DNA of 64,000 nt. It comes from Acidobacteria bacterium bin61 (GTDB lineage Bacteria; Acidobacteriota; Vicinamibacteria; Marinacidobacterales; Marinacidobacteraceae). Positions 20,414 through 29,943 of this stretch are shown piece after piece (the first letter of the stretch is position 1; every line of letters begins with the position of its first letter). Below the pieces are notes generated by a model, which saw nothing but the letters and a program-made list of their open reading frames with translations, did not search any database and was not told the origin of the DNA. The DNA is taken from contig MPMW01000002.1 in NCBI GenBank assembly GCA_002238705.1, positions 462-64,461 of the forward strand, written 5' to 3'. A program made the position numbers and the translations under genes.

Positions 20414-21403
20414 CTAGGCGCCGGTCAGCCGAACTGCCTCGGCGGCGCCCGCGAACCGGCCGTTGGGCGGGATGGCGTTTCCCCGCAGGAAATCGGCGAT
20501 GGGGAGTCGCTGGCGTCCGGCCGCCTGGACCTCGAGGGGCCGGAACGTGGTGCCGGCGCCGCACGCCACCTCGAGGCACGGGGCGCGCCGGCTGCCCGAG
20601 ACCCGGAACGAACCCGGCGGAACGGTGCTCGCGGCCGATCCGCTCGCTGCTGCAGCCCGGTGTATCCGGAGCAGAGTCGCGCCCCCCGGAGTCTCCGGCT
20701 GGAATGCCGTGAAGGCGACGGGGGCGGGAGAGAAGGCCCGCACCCGGTCCGCGAGGGCCGGGGCTCCCAGATCCCAGTCCAGGGCGGCGTCGGCCTTCCG
20801 GATTCGGGGGGCGAGGGTGGCCGCGTCCTCGTCCTGGGGACGCGGAGTGATCCGCCCCCCGGCGAGCCCGGCCAGGGTCTCGATCAGGAGTTCGGCGCCC
20901 ATGGGAGCGAGGCGGGCGAGCAGCTCGCCCCCGGTCTCGGTTTCACGGATTGCGGTTTTCCGCTGCAGCAGAATCGGCCCCGTGTCGAGTCCGGCGTCCA
21001 TGAGCATGGTCGTCACCCCGGTCCGGCGGTGGCCGCGGGCCAGCGCCCAGATGGCGGGGGCGGCGCCGCGGAGTTCGGGCAGGAGCGAGGCGTGGACGTT
21101 GACGGCGCCGAGTCGTGGGACCGCCAGCAGGCGGGCAGACAGGATCTGACCGTAGTCGGCGACGACGAGGACATCGGGGACGGGGTCCGCCAGCGGTTCC
21201 CACGCACTCCGGCGGCGGATGCGTTCCGGTTGGCGGACCGGTATCCCGAGTTCCAGAGCGAGGCGTTTGATCCGGCTGACGCGCGGACGGTGACCACGGC
21301 CAGCGGGCCGATCCGGCTGTGTGACCGCCGCGAGGACCTCATGGTGGGCGTCGAGGGCCTGGAGCACCGGCTCGGCAAAGGCGGAGGTTCCCAGGAAGAC
21401 CAT
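20414..21403 (-). CDS. fmt: methionyl-tRNA formyltransferase
   Basis: [37 protein letters not shown]...[15 protein letters not shown] (formyltransferase SLLP motif). C-terminal domain present. ATG at 21401-21403. The long upstream extension in the ORF track is spurious. Confidence 0.9.
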   Translation of the reverse strand: [329 protein letters not shown]

Positions 21404-21435
21404 GCGGAGGCGCTCCCCCTCCGTCCCTCCGTCAG

Positions 21436-21490
21436 CAGCCTGTGGCGAAAGTGACGTGAGCACCGAGAATGGCAAGGCGCCCGGTCGCCG
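21436..21490 (+). repeat. 5' fragment (solo left end) of the MITE-like repeat, copy F
   Basis: cagcctgtggcgaaagtgacgtgagcaccgagaatggcaaggcgcccggtcgcc matches the first ~50 nt of the full element in + orientation (cagcctgtggtgaaacccgcgtgagcgccgaga..ggcgaggcgcccg...). It exactly fills the fmt-start to def-stop gap. Confidence 0.5.
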
Positions 21491-21495
21491 GAGCG

Positions 21496-22008
21496 CTACC
21501 AGTCGCCGCGACGCATGCGGCGGCGCAGTTTGCGAACGATGAGATCCCGCTTGAGCATTCCGAGCCGATCGAGGAACAGGCGGCCGTTGAGGTGGTCCAC
21601 CTCGTGGGCGAACGCTCTCGCCAGCAGCCCTTCCCCTTCCATTTCGTAGAACGAACCGTCGAGACGCTGGCCGCGGACGCGCACCCATTGAGCACGTCGG
21701 GTGACCCCCGAGTATCCCGGCACCGAGAGGCATCCTTCCTCTTCGGACTGGCTCCCCCGCGATTCGAGGATTTCCGGATTGGCCATCACGATTAGTTGCC
21801 CCTCGCTCTCCCCGACCGTGATGTCGATCACCGTCAGGCGCACGCCCACCCCGATCTGGGGCGCCGCGAGGCCGACCCCGGGGGCGGCGTACATGGTGGC
21901 GACCATGTCGTCCACCAGGGTCCGCCAGTCCTGATCGAAGTCCTCGATGGGCTTCGCGGGAGTGCTCAGGGGGGGAGCCCCGTAACGCAGGATCGGGCGG
22001 ACAGGCAA
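21496..22008 (-). CDS. def: peptide deformylase
   Basis: GVGLAAPQIG, EGCLS and HEVDHL metal-binding motifs. ~170-aa core. No ATG is available near the conserved N-terminus, so a TTG at 22008 is chosen (uncertain). The 261-aa ORF-track version has an implausible R/S/P-rich extension. Confidence 0.85.
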   Translation of the reverse strand: MPVRPILRYGAPPLSTPAKPIEDFDQDWRTLVDDMVATMYAAPGVGLAAPQIGVGVRLTVIDITVGESEGQLIVMANPEILESRGSQSEEEGCLSVPGYSGVTRRAQWVRVRGQRLDGSFYEMEGEGLLARAFAHEVDHLNGRLFLDRLGMLKRDLIVRKLRRRMRRGDW

Positions 22009-22118
22009 GCGGCTGGCGATTGTAGCCTCGGAGCGCCGGCGGCAACCCGGTGAGGGCCGGGGAACGGCATCGCAATCGCGCAACGCGTTCTTGAAAAATA
22101 GAATCGAACTGCGAGGGA

Positions 22119-23144
22119 ATGAGCATGAAGAAAAAAGTCGCGTTGTTTGCCGGTCCGGCGCTTGCCGTCTCCATCGGCTGGGCCGCCGGCGCTCCGGACA
22201 TTGCCGCGGAGATGATCGACCGGGCGCGTCACTTTCTGATGTCGCTCGACCCCGAGCAGAGGGCCCAGGCGACCTTCGCATTCGAGGATGAAGAGCGCTT
22301 CAACTGGCACTTCATCCCGCGGGATCGGGAGGGACTTTCCTACGGGGAGTTCACCCCGCCCCAGCGCCGGCTTGCGGATCGCCTGCTCGGGACCGTGCTC
22401 AGCCATGAGGGGATCGCCAAGGCGCTCGGCATCATGTACCTGGAGCAGATCCTCTACGAGCGCGAAGGGCGCGACATTCGGGACTCCGACCGCTACTACT
22501 TCACGGTGTTCGACGAGCCCTCTCCGTCGGAGCCCTGGGGTTGGCGCGTCGAGGGACACCATCTGTCGCTCAACGTCACGCTGAACGGCGGCGAGGTCGT
22601 GGCGACCGCGCCCGCGTTCATGGGCAGCAATCCGGCGATCGTGGAGGAAGGGAACCACACCGGCCTCGAAGTCCTCGCCGCGGAGCAGACGGTCGCAAGG
22701 GAACTGTTGGCGCTCTTCGAGGGACAAACGCGGGAGCGGGTCATCTTCGACTCCGAGGCCCCGCCCGACATCCTGACGGGCACTTCGCGGGTTGCGGAGC
22801 CGGGCGATCCGCTGGGAGTCGCACATCGAGAGATGACACGCGAGCAGGGCCAAAAACTGGTCGAGTTGATCCACGTCTATCTCGGGCGGCTACGGCTCGA
22901 CCTTGCCAAGGAGGAATTCGGCGAGATCACTTCCGCGGGCGTGGGCGATGTCCATTTCGCCTGGGCCGGCGGCGCCGAAGCGGGCGATCCCCACTACTAC
23001 CGGATTCACGGGCCGACGTTCCTCGTCGAATACGACAACACGCAGAACGACGCGAATCACATTCACTCGGTGTGGCGCGATCTGAGGGGAGACTTCGGCA
23101 GGGACTTGCTCGCGGAGCACTACGAGAACGCCCATTCGCACTGA
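22119..23144 (+). CDS. secreted DUF3500-family protein (His-rich)
   Basis: ATG at 22119 with GAGGG upstream. Signal peptide MSMKKKVALFAGPALAVSIGWAAG. Conserved HHLSLN and HYYRIHGPTFLVEYDNTQNDANHIHSVWRD blocks typical of DUF3500. Confidence 0.7.
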   Translation: MSMKKKVALFAGPALAVSIGWAAGAPDIAAEMIDRARHFLMSLDPEQRAQATFAFEDEERFNWHFIPRDREGLSYGEFTPPQRRLADRLLGTVLSHEGIAKALGIMYLEQILYEREGRDIRDSDRYYFTVFDEPSPSEPWGWRVEGHHLSLNVTLNGGEVVATAPAFMGSNPAIVEEGNHTGLEVLAAEQTVARELLALFEGQTRERVIFDSEAPPDILTGTSRVAEPGDPLGVAHREMTREQGQKLVELIHVYLGRLRLDLAKEEFGEITSAGVGDVHFAWAGGAEAGDPHYYRIHGPTFLVEYDNTQNDANHIHSVWRDLRGDFGRDLLAEHYENAHSH

Positions 23145-23190
23145 CCTAGCCGGGCGGTCCTGACCGGCCCCGCCCCCTCCCTATACTCCG

Positions 23191-25464
23191 GTGCCAACCA
23201 TGGACCGGCCTTTGCAGACACCGCCGACGCGTGCCGGCCACGCCGCGGATACGAGCTTCGACGCGCGGGTGGCCGGGATGCACTGCGCCGGCTGTGTGGC
23301 GAGCATCGAAAAGGCAGTCACCAGCCTCCCGGGGGTCGCAAGCGCCGAAGTGAGCCTGCTTACCGGGGATCTCTCGGTACGGTTTTCTGAAATCGGAGCA
23401 GCGGGCGCGGCACGCGCCGCGGAGATCGCCGGCGCCGTAGCCTCGGCCGGTCCCTACACGCTGGAGCCAACGCGGGAAACCGCTATCGAATCTTCCGGGC
23501 AGGACGGGGCAACCGGGCCGCACACACACTCGGGGGGCGGACTGCTGCCCGTCGCCGCGGCCCTCGCACTTTCCGCGGCGGCCATGGCCGTCTCGATGAG
23601 TGGCATGGGGGGGACCGCTCTCGGCCGGTGGACCGTGTTCCTGCTCGCAACGCCCGTGTGTGTGCTGTTTGGCTGGAACTTTCTGTTGGCGCTCGGAACC
23701 TCGCTCCGGAACCGGGCGTTCGGAATGGACAGCCTGATCGGGCTGGGGGCGGGGACCGCTTACGTGTCGTCGGTGGTGAGCCTGTTGGGCGCCGCCGGGG
23801 GACCCCTGTTCTTCGATACCGCCGCGATCATCGTCGCGATCGTTCGCCTCGGGCGCTGGCTCGAGGATCGCGCCCGGAACCGGGCCGCGGACGCGCTCGG
23901 AGAACTGCTCGCCTTCGCTCCCGATGAGGCGCGGGTGGTACGTGAAGGCGTTGAGGAAATGGTGGCGGTGGCGCGCGTCGAAACCGGCGAGCGGGTTCGG
24001 GTGCGCCCCGGAGAACGGGTGCCCCTCGATGGCCGCATCGTCCGCGGTGGAGCCGCGATGGACGAATCGCTGGTGAGTGGGGAGAGCGTCCCGGTGGAGC
24101 GGGCGGCGCCCGATCCGGTGGTTGCCGGGGCGATGAACCTGACCGGCGCCGTCGAAATCGAAGTGACGCGCGCCGCTTCGGAGAGCACCCTCTCGCGGAT
24201 CGCGGCGGCGGTCCGAAAGGCGCAGACCGAGAAAATCCCCCTGCAACGGGCCGCCGACCGGGTGGCCGGGGTCCTCGTCCCGGTCATCATGGTGGTCGCC
24301 GCGGTGACCGTCGGAGGTTGGCTCCTTTGGGGCGGCGCCGCCGACTTCGCGCTCGCCCGCGGGGTGGCGGTGCTGGTGGTGGCCTGTCCCTGTGCGGTCG
24401 GGTTGGCGGCCCCCATCGCGGTGCTGGTCGCGACCGGCCGGAGCGCGCGGCGGGGGATTCTGTTCCGGTCCGGGGGGGCGCTCGAGGCCCTGGCTTCCGT
24501 CCGAGCGGTCGGACTCGACAAGACCGGGACGGTCACCACGGGCGAACCCGTGGTGGTCGCGCTGGAGCCGGCTCCGCCACAGACCGCCGGGACCCTGCTG
24601 AAACTCGCGGCTTCGGCGGAACAGGGATCCGAACACCCCCTGGGAAGAGCGCTTGTCGCCCACGCGGAGAAGGAAGGGACGGGGCTCAGTACCCCGGAAC
24701 GCTTCGAGGCATTGCCCGGGCGGGGCGTGACGGCGAGCTTTGACGGCGGGAACACCACGGTGTGGGTCGGAAGCGACCGGCTGGTTCGCGAGCGGGGCCT
24801 GTCCGTGCCCGCCAGCCCGGCCAGCAGCGGGGCGTCGGGCTGGCTTCGGGTGCTGCGTGAATCGGCGGGGCGTCTCGAGTTCGCGGGTAGCATCGGGTTT
24901 CGGGATCGGCCGCGTCCGGAAGCGGCGGAACTCGTCCGCAAACTCCACGAGGACGGGCTGGCGGTGTCGCTGGTTTCCGGCGACGAACCCGCCGCGGTCA
25001 CGGCAACCGGCTCGGAGATCGGAGTTCGTAACGTTGAGGGGGGACTTCTCCCGGACCAGAAGCTCTCGGCGGTGGATCGGCTGCGGGAGCGCTACGGTCC
25101 GGTCGCCATGGTCGGGGACGGCATCAACGACGCTCCGGCTCTGACCCGCGCCGACGTTGGTATCGCTTTTGCCGAGGGGACGGAGATCGCCCGGGAGGCG
25201 GCGGCAGTGACGCTGATGCGCCCGGACCTCAGGCTCGTGAGCGAAGCCCTGCGGATCGCGCGGCGCGCACTGCGGACGATCCGGCAGAATCTGTTCTGGG
25301 CTTTCTTCTACAACGTGGTCTCGGTGCCGCTCGCGGCCGGCGTCCTGTATCCGTCGACCGGGCTGTTGTTGCCGCCGGAGGCGGCAGCCGCCGCCATGGC
25401 GCTCTCCTCACTCACGGTGGTCGGGAACGCGCTCCGCCTCAGGTTCGGAGCGGGAAGCAGCTAA
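23191..25464 (+). CDS. copA: heavy-metal (copper-type) translocating P1B-type ATPase
   Basis: N-terminal HMA domain (GMHCAGCVASIEKAV). Membrane CPC motif (VVACPCAVGLAAPIAV). Phosphorylation site DKTGTVT, HP motif and GDGINDAPAL. Confidence 0.9.
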   Translation: MPTMDRPLQTPPTRAGHAADTSFDARVAGMHCAGCVASIEKAVTSLPGVASAEVSLLTGDLSVRFSEIGAAGAARAAEIAGAVASAGPYTLEPTRETAIESSGQDGATGPHTHSGGGLLPVAAALALSAAAMAVSMSGMGGTALGRWTVFLLATPVCVLFGWNFLLALGTSLRNRAFGMDSLIGLGAGTAYVSSVVSLLGAAGGPLFFDTAAIIVAIVRLGRWLEDRARNRAADALGELLAFAPDEARVVREGVEEMVAVARVETGERVRVRPGERVPLDGRIVRGGAAMDESLVSGESVPVERAAPDPVVAGAMNLTGAVEIEVTRAASESTLSRIAAAVRKAQTEKIPLQRAADRVAGVLVPVIMVVAAVTVGGWLLWGGAADFALARGVAVLVVACPCAVGLAAPIAVLVATGRSARRGILFRSGGALEALASVRAVGLDKTGTVTTGEPVVVALEPAPPQTAGTLLKLAASAEQGSEHPLGRALVAHAEKEGTGLSTPERFEALPGRGVTASFDGGNTTVWVGSDRLVRERGLSVPASPASSGASGWLRVLRESAGRLEFAGSIGFRDRPRPEAAELVRKLHEDGLAVSLVSGDEPAAVTATGSEIGVRNVEGGLLPDQKLSAVDRLRERYGPVAMVGDGINDAPALTRADVGIAFAEGTEIAREAAAVTLMRPDLRLVSEALRIARRALRTIRQNLFWAFFYNVVSVPLAAGVLYPSTGLLLPPEAAAAAMALSSLTVVGNALRLRFGAGSS

Positions 25465-25643
25465 CAGCCTGTGGCAAAACCCCCGCGGCGTTCGACGTGC
25501 GATCCATCCCGGCTGAACCGCGCCGCTTTGCGGCGCTCATCGTTGCGTTTCGGCCGAAATACACCGGGTATTCCGGCCTCACGCGCCTTGTCAGTCGGGC
25601 GCCTCGCCCGTCTCGGCGCTCACGCGGGTTTCACCACAGGCTG
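25465..25643 (-). repeat. MITE-like intergenic repeat, copy C (BC subfamily, reverse orientation), complete with terminal inverted repeats
   Basis: 179 bp: cagcctgtggcaaaaccc...tttcggccgaaa...gggtttcaccacaggctg. The TIRs are cagcctgtgg..aaaccc / gggtttc..ccacaggctg. It lies between the copA stop (25462-25464) and the stop of the convergent DUF349 gene (25644-25646), with no spare nucleotide. Confidence 0.8.
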
Positions 25644-28574
25644 TTAATCCCGGCGCGGCCGGTTTCCGCGAGCGCGGCCGCGATTCCGGCGACCGGGTTC
25701 CTCGTCCAGCGACGGCGCCCGGGCGATGACCTTCCGGGCGAGTCCTTCGAGGCGCCCCATCGTTTCGGTCGCCGGTCCCGATAGCGCCGGACCGGCGGCA
25801 CGGGCGCGCTCGAGAATCCTGGCCGCATCCTGTGCGGCTTCCCTGAGCACGGCGCCGCGATCCGCGGCGCGCCCTGCCTGGAGGGTGCGCCTCAGGTGCT
25901 CCGCGAAGTCGATCACTCCCCCCTCGGACGCGACCGGCGCGCGAGGTCGCGCGAGCGCTTCCATCTCTTCAAGCAGGGCCGCCAGCCGCGAAACCAGTTG
26001 TTCCTGGTCCAGGCGCGTCCCCGAAAAGGAATCGGGATCACCCTCGAGTGTTTCCCGAAGGCAAGTGAGGAGGGCGCTGGTGGTTTCGCGGGCCAGGCGG
26101 TCCCCCGCGCGGGAAATGCGCCGGTAGTCGTCCCAGAGCGCGACGGCGGCGTCGCGCCGCTCTTCCGCCGCCAGGGCGAGGAGGTCCGCGATCCGACCTC
26201 GCAGATCGGCGTCGGCTTCACTGGAGGGCGTGCGCTCGGGCACCATGGTGGTTTCGGCCTTCGCGTCTCCACGGCCTTCGCGGAGCCGGTCCCGAGCCCC
26301 GTCACAGGCACTGCGGAAGTCCTCCCAGAGGCGATCGCCCTCCTTGCGCGGGACGGGCGGTGACTCTTTCCACTCCCGCATCAAGTCGCGCACCGCGTTC
26401 CGCACGGTCTCGCCGTCGGTTTGGTCGAAGAGCGCCTTGGCCCGCGCGATGAGATTCTCGCGGATCGGGACGTTCGCGGCGAACTCCGCGTAGCGCTTTT
26501 TCCTCACTGCCTTGAGTTCGCTGAAGTACTGGTCGTTTGCGGCGCGGAATCGCTTCCACAGCCGCTCCGAGCGCTTCCCGATTCCCTTGGCGCGCTCGCG
26601 CCACTCGGGCATCAGCGAGCGAATCTCGTCGGCTCGCCGCGGATCGCCGCTCTCGGCTATCTGCTCTGCCTTTTCGACGAGCGCACGAAGCGCATCCAGC
26701 TTCTCGCCCAATTCGCGCTCCGCGGCTTCCCGGAGCGGGCCGATCCGTTCGAGGAGGGTTCGGCGGACCTCACCCCATTCTTCCCAGAGTTCCTGACCCC
26801 GGTCGCGTCCCGTGTGTCGCGCCGCATGCCAGGCGCGTTCGAGGGCCGTGAGCTCGCGATCGACGCGCTGCAGATCCTCCACCTCGACCAGCGCGCCAGC
26901 CCGGCGAATGAGTTCCGCCTGTTCCTCCAGATTGGACCAGTGACGCCACTCCCGGACTTCTCTGGCCTCCCGAAGCCTGGGCATCAGGGCCGCCTGAAGA
27001 CGCTGGAAACGGGTTTGCCGCTCGGGTCCGACCTGACGCCAGACGGCTGCATCGCTTCTGAGTTTCCCAAGTTCGCGAAGGGCGACCTCGCCGTCCTCGA
27101 GGGGAAAGGACTCCGACGATTCGAGCGCGGCAAGACGTTCCTCGAGGGCGGCGATCCGTCCCTCGGTCGTGCGGACCTGGTCCTGGTGCGCGGACTCGGC
27201 CGCGCCCAGCGCGGTTTCGGCTTCTCTGGCGGCCTTCCGGAACCGCTCGGCGTCCGGGCTTTCGGGTGGCTCCAGGCGATCGAACCGGCGCCCGAGTCGG
27301 GTCAGTTCCCGGCGAGACTGTGCTATTTCCGGCCCGGAGGGACGCTTGCCGAGCGATTTCGCCAGGGAAACCGCATGATCGGCCAGTTCGCCGATCTGAA
27401 ATTCCCGGACCCGGGCCTTCTTGCGCTCCAGAGCCCGGTCTCGCGCCTTCGCCACCGCGGCGCGCAACCGGGCGCGGACCGGTTCCGTGGAGGTCAGCCC
27501 TTCCAGAAGCGTGAGGCACTCCCGTTCGGCCAGGTCCAGTTCGGCCAGACCTGGAGCGCCTTCAGGGTCTTCCAGGCGGGCAAGAATTTCTTCGACCGCC
27601 GGCGGGAGGTCGGGCGACCGCTCGGGCTCTTCGACCGGAGGGAGATCCACACCCCCGGAAGCGGTCTGTTCCTCCGGGACGAGAAGCCGCGCCGCTCGCT
27701 CGTCGCGGGATCCCCCGCCCTCAAGCCGCACGCGCAGTTCTTCGAGCCGCGCGGTGAGTTCAGCTCCTACCGGCCCGGAGGCGAGGACGGCGTCGGCCTC
27801 CTCAAGCAGGCCCGCGTTCCGGTCGGGAGCCGCCGGATCGGCGTCGGCAAGGCGCTCCAACAAACCGCCCAGGGTTTTTTCCCGAAGCTGCACGCGTTCC
27901 GGATGATCTGGAGGCAGCCGTTCGTCGGCGCGGCGCCGGGCAAGCCGGCGCACGCTCTTCGAGGTCGCGCCGGTTGCCGCGGCGAGCAGCAATCCCGGGT
28001 CGTCCAGCCGCCGGACGGCAGCTTGGGCGGTCTCGCGGTGCTCTGCCGAAACCGCCACCTGAAGGAGGCCGTCCGGGCTGCGGATTGCCTCGAGGGCGTG
28101 GCTCCGGAGGGCCGGCTCCGCGGCTTTTCCAGCCACCGTGGCGAGGGCGGTATCGCGGTCGGCCTCGCCCGCGGGGACACTGGTCAACCGTGCGAGTGCC
28201 TCGGTGCGAATCGGGCCGAAATGGGCCCGGCACGCCACCTCGGCGACTGCCCGCAGCGCGCCGAGGAGTCCGAGCGCCCGCCGCGACTCATCCTCGTCCC
28301 GGTCGTCGGCCGCGATCTTGACGAGGAGTGCCTCGCCTCGGGAGCGGGCCAGCCGGCGGGCGCTCTCGTCGCCCGCGGTATCCGTCAGTTCGAGCAGCAC
28401 CCGGGGTGCTTCGAGGCGCCGCACGGCCTCTTTCCGGACGCGCGAGTCGGGATCCGAGCGCGCGAGATCGGCCAGCGTTTGCGTGTCCTCCGGCGGGTGT
28501 TTCTGGACCGCCTTGAGGCGGACGGCGGCGTCCCGGCTGCGGATCGGAGAAACGAATCGTTCGAGAACGGACAT
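25644..28574 (-). CDS. large DUF349-repeat protein with N-terminal HEAT-like repeats
   Basis: 976 aa from ATG 28574 (MSVLERF...). Repeated ~75-aa helical units end in LMPEWRERAKGIGKRSERLWKRFRAANDQYF and LMREWKESPPVPRKEGDRLWEDFRSACDGARD (DUF349 W..G.V.....LW.RF..ACD signature). The N-terminus has RVRKEAVRRL-type HEAT repeats. An upstream AT-rich stretch (gaatatagatgc) looks promoter-like. Confidence 0.7.
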   Translation of the reverse strand: MSVLERFVSPIRSRDAAVRLKAVQKHPPEDTQTLADLARSDPDSRVRKEAVRRLEAPRVLLELTDTAGDESARRLARSRGEALLVKIAADDRDEDESRRALGLLGALRAVAEVACRAHFGPIRTEALARLTSVPAGEADRDTALATVAGKAAEPALRSHALEAIRSPDGLLQVAVSAEHRETAQAAVRRLDDPGLLLAAATGATSKSVRRLARRRADERLPPDHPERVQLREKTLGGLLERLADADPAAPDRNAGLLEEADAVLASGPVGAELTARLEELRVRLEGGGSRDERAARLLVPEEQTASGGVDLPPVEEPERSPDLPPAVEEILARLEDPEGAPGLAELDLAERECLTLLEGLTSTEPVRARLRAAVAKARDRALERKKARVREFQIGELADHAVSLAKSLGKRPSGPEIAQSRRELTRLGRRFDRLEPPESPDAERFRKAAREAETALGAAESAHQDQVRTTEGRIAALEERLAALESSESFPLEDGEVALRELGKLRSDAAVWRQVGPERQTRFQRLQAALMPRLREAREVREWRHWSNLEEQAELIRRAGALVEVEDLQRVDRELTALERAWHAARHTGRDRGQELWEEWGEVRRTLLERIGPLREAAERELGEKLDALRALVEKAEQIAESGDPRRADEIRSLMPEWRERAKGIGKRSERLWKRFRAANDQYFSELKAVRKKRYAEFAANVPIRENLIARAKALFDQTDGETVRNAVRDLMREWKESPPVPRKEGDRLWEDFRSACDGARDRLREGRGDAKAETTMVPERTPSSEADADLRGRIADLLALAAEERRDAAVALWDDYRRISRAGDRLARETTSALLTCLRETLEGDPDSFSGTRLDQEQLVSRLAALLEEMEALARPRAPVASEGGVIDFAEHLRRTLQAGRAADRGAVLREAAQDAARILERARAAGPALSGPATETMGRLEGLARKVIARAPSLDEEPGRRNRGRARGNRPRRD

Positions 28575-28719
28575 CTTCAGGGAGGCGCGAGAATATAGAT
28601 GCTTGGAGTGGGAGCCGACCGGGGGAAATCCCCGAGAGGGTGGTTGCACCGGGAACTTCGAGCCTCGAACGAACTGCTCACAGGCGGGAATTGTGGCGGA
28701 TCCGGCGTGCGGACGGCAG

Positions 28720-29943
28720 GTGAAAGGTAGCCTTCGCTCCTTGACGAGTCGTCCGGAAACCGCCTCCTTCGTCTGGCCCGGCGCGGTGCTGGGCGCGGTG
28801 ATTGCCGTGGGGTTGCTGGACCAACAGGTGATCACGCCGCTGATCGCGGCTCTCGCCGGCGGCCTCGGGGTCGGCGTCGCCGACATTGGCCTTGCCATTT
28901 CGGCCTATTCCTTTGCGGCCGCTCTGGCGGCCCTGGTCATGGGCCCGCTGTCCGACTCGCGTGGCCGCCGCCCCTACCTGCTTCTCGCCGTCACGCTGAT
29001 CCTGGTGTCCGCCGTGGTGATCTCCCTGGCGTCGAGCTATGCCGCGTTCGTGGTGGCGCGGGTCGCCGCCGGATTTGCTGGCGGTACCGTCGCGGCGCTC
29101 GCGGTGGCCTGGATCGCCGACTTGGTGCCGTACCGCCGGCGCGGCAAGGTGATGGCGGTCCTCATGGGCGGAGCGATGGGAACGGCAATCCTGGGTCAGG
29201 TCGGGGCGGCCTTCGCGGCCGGTCGTTTTGGACACCCGAGTGTCTATTTGGTGATCGCGCTCCTTGCGGTCCTGGCGCTGGCGACGCTGCGGGCGCTCCC
29301 GGAGACGCGGTCGCGGCCGGCGGTCTCGGACTCGCTTCGGCAGAGCCTCGCCGGACATCTGGAGTTTGTGAAGAGTCCGGTTCACCGGACGGCGGCGTTC
29401 GCCGCGTTTTTCATGTCCGGAAGTCTGGTGGGAATCTCCGCCTACGCCTCGGGTTGGGTGCAGGAGGCGCGTGGGTTTTCGCTGGAGCAGGTCGGTTTGC
29501 TCTACGGGGGTCTGGGAGCCGCCATCATGGCCGCGCAGCTCATCGCCGGGCCGCTCTCCGACCGGATCGGAAAGCGTCGATTCACCGTGCTGGTCTCCAT
29601 GGCCGTCGCCGCCATGACTCCGCTGTTGCCCTCACTCACGAGCATCGCGCTGGTCGCCGCCCTGCTTCTGTTCGGGTGCCTGGCGGTGGCGCGCATCGCG
29701 GCGTTCACCGCTCTTCGCAGCGAGCTGGTTCCGAAGGCCCGCAGGGCCGGCTTCCTGGGCTTTTGCAACGTCTTCTCGCAGCTCGGCATCGCGGCCGCGG
29801 TGGCGGCCGGAGGGTTGCTCTATCCGTACGGGTTCGAGCCCGTCTGCTGGCTCATGGCCGGCCTCGGTGGACTCGCGGTGGTCCTCATCATGCGGGTCCC
29901 CGAACCCGGATTCCGGGAGGGGACCGAGTCCGCGGCAGGATGA
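28720..29943 (+). CDS. MFS transporter
   Basis: 12 predicted TM segments. The MFS loop motif GPLSDSRGRR lies between TM2 and TM3. Start set at GTG 28720 (an alternative TTG is at 28741). Diverges from the DUF349 gene. Confidence 0.8.
   Translation: MKGSLRSLTSRPETASFVWPGAVLGAVIAVGLLDQQVITPLIAALAGGLGVGVADIGLAISAYSFAAALAALVMGPLSDSRGRRPYLLLAVTLILVSAVVISLASSYAAFVVARVAAGFAGGTVAALAVAWIADLVPYRRRGKVMAVLMGGAMGTAILGQVGAAFAAGRFGHPSVYLVIALLAVLALATLRALPETRSRPAVSDSLRQSLAGHLEFVKSPVHRTAAFAAFFMSGSLVGISAYASGWVQEARGFSLEQVGLLYGGLGAAIMAAQLIAGPLSDRIGKRRFTVLVSMAVAAMTPLLPSLTSIALVAALLLFGCLAVARIAAFTALRSELVPKARRAGFLGFCNVFSQLGIAAAVAAGGLLYPYGFEPVCWLMAGLGGLAVVLIMRVPEPGFREGTESAAG

Noticed and set aside
21496-22281. Extended 261-aa version of peptide deformylase, and 595-aa version of fmt (20414-22201).
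   Set aside because: The upstream extensions are R/S/P-rich, lack homology, and for fmt would overlap def. The conserved N-termini (VRPILRYGAP..., [12 protein letters not shown]...) define the real starts.
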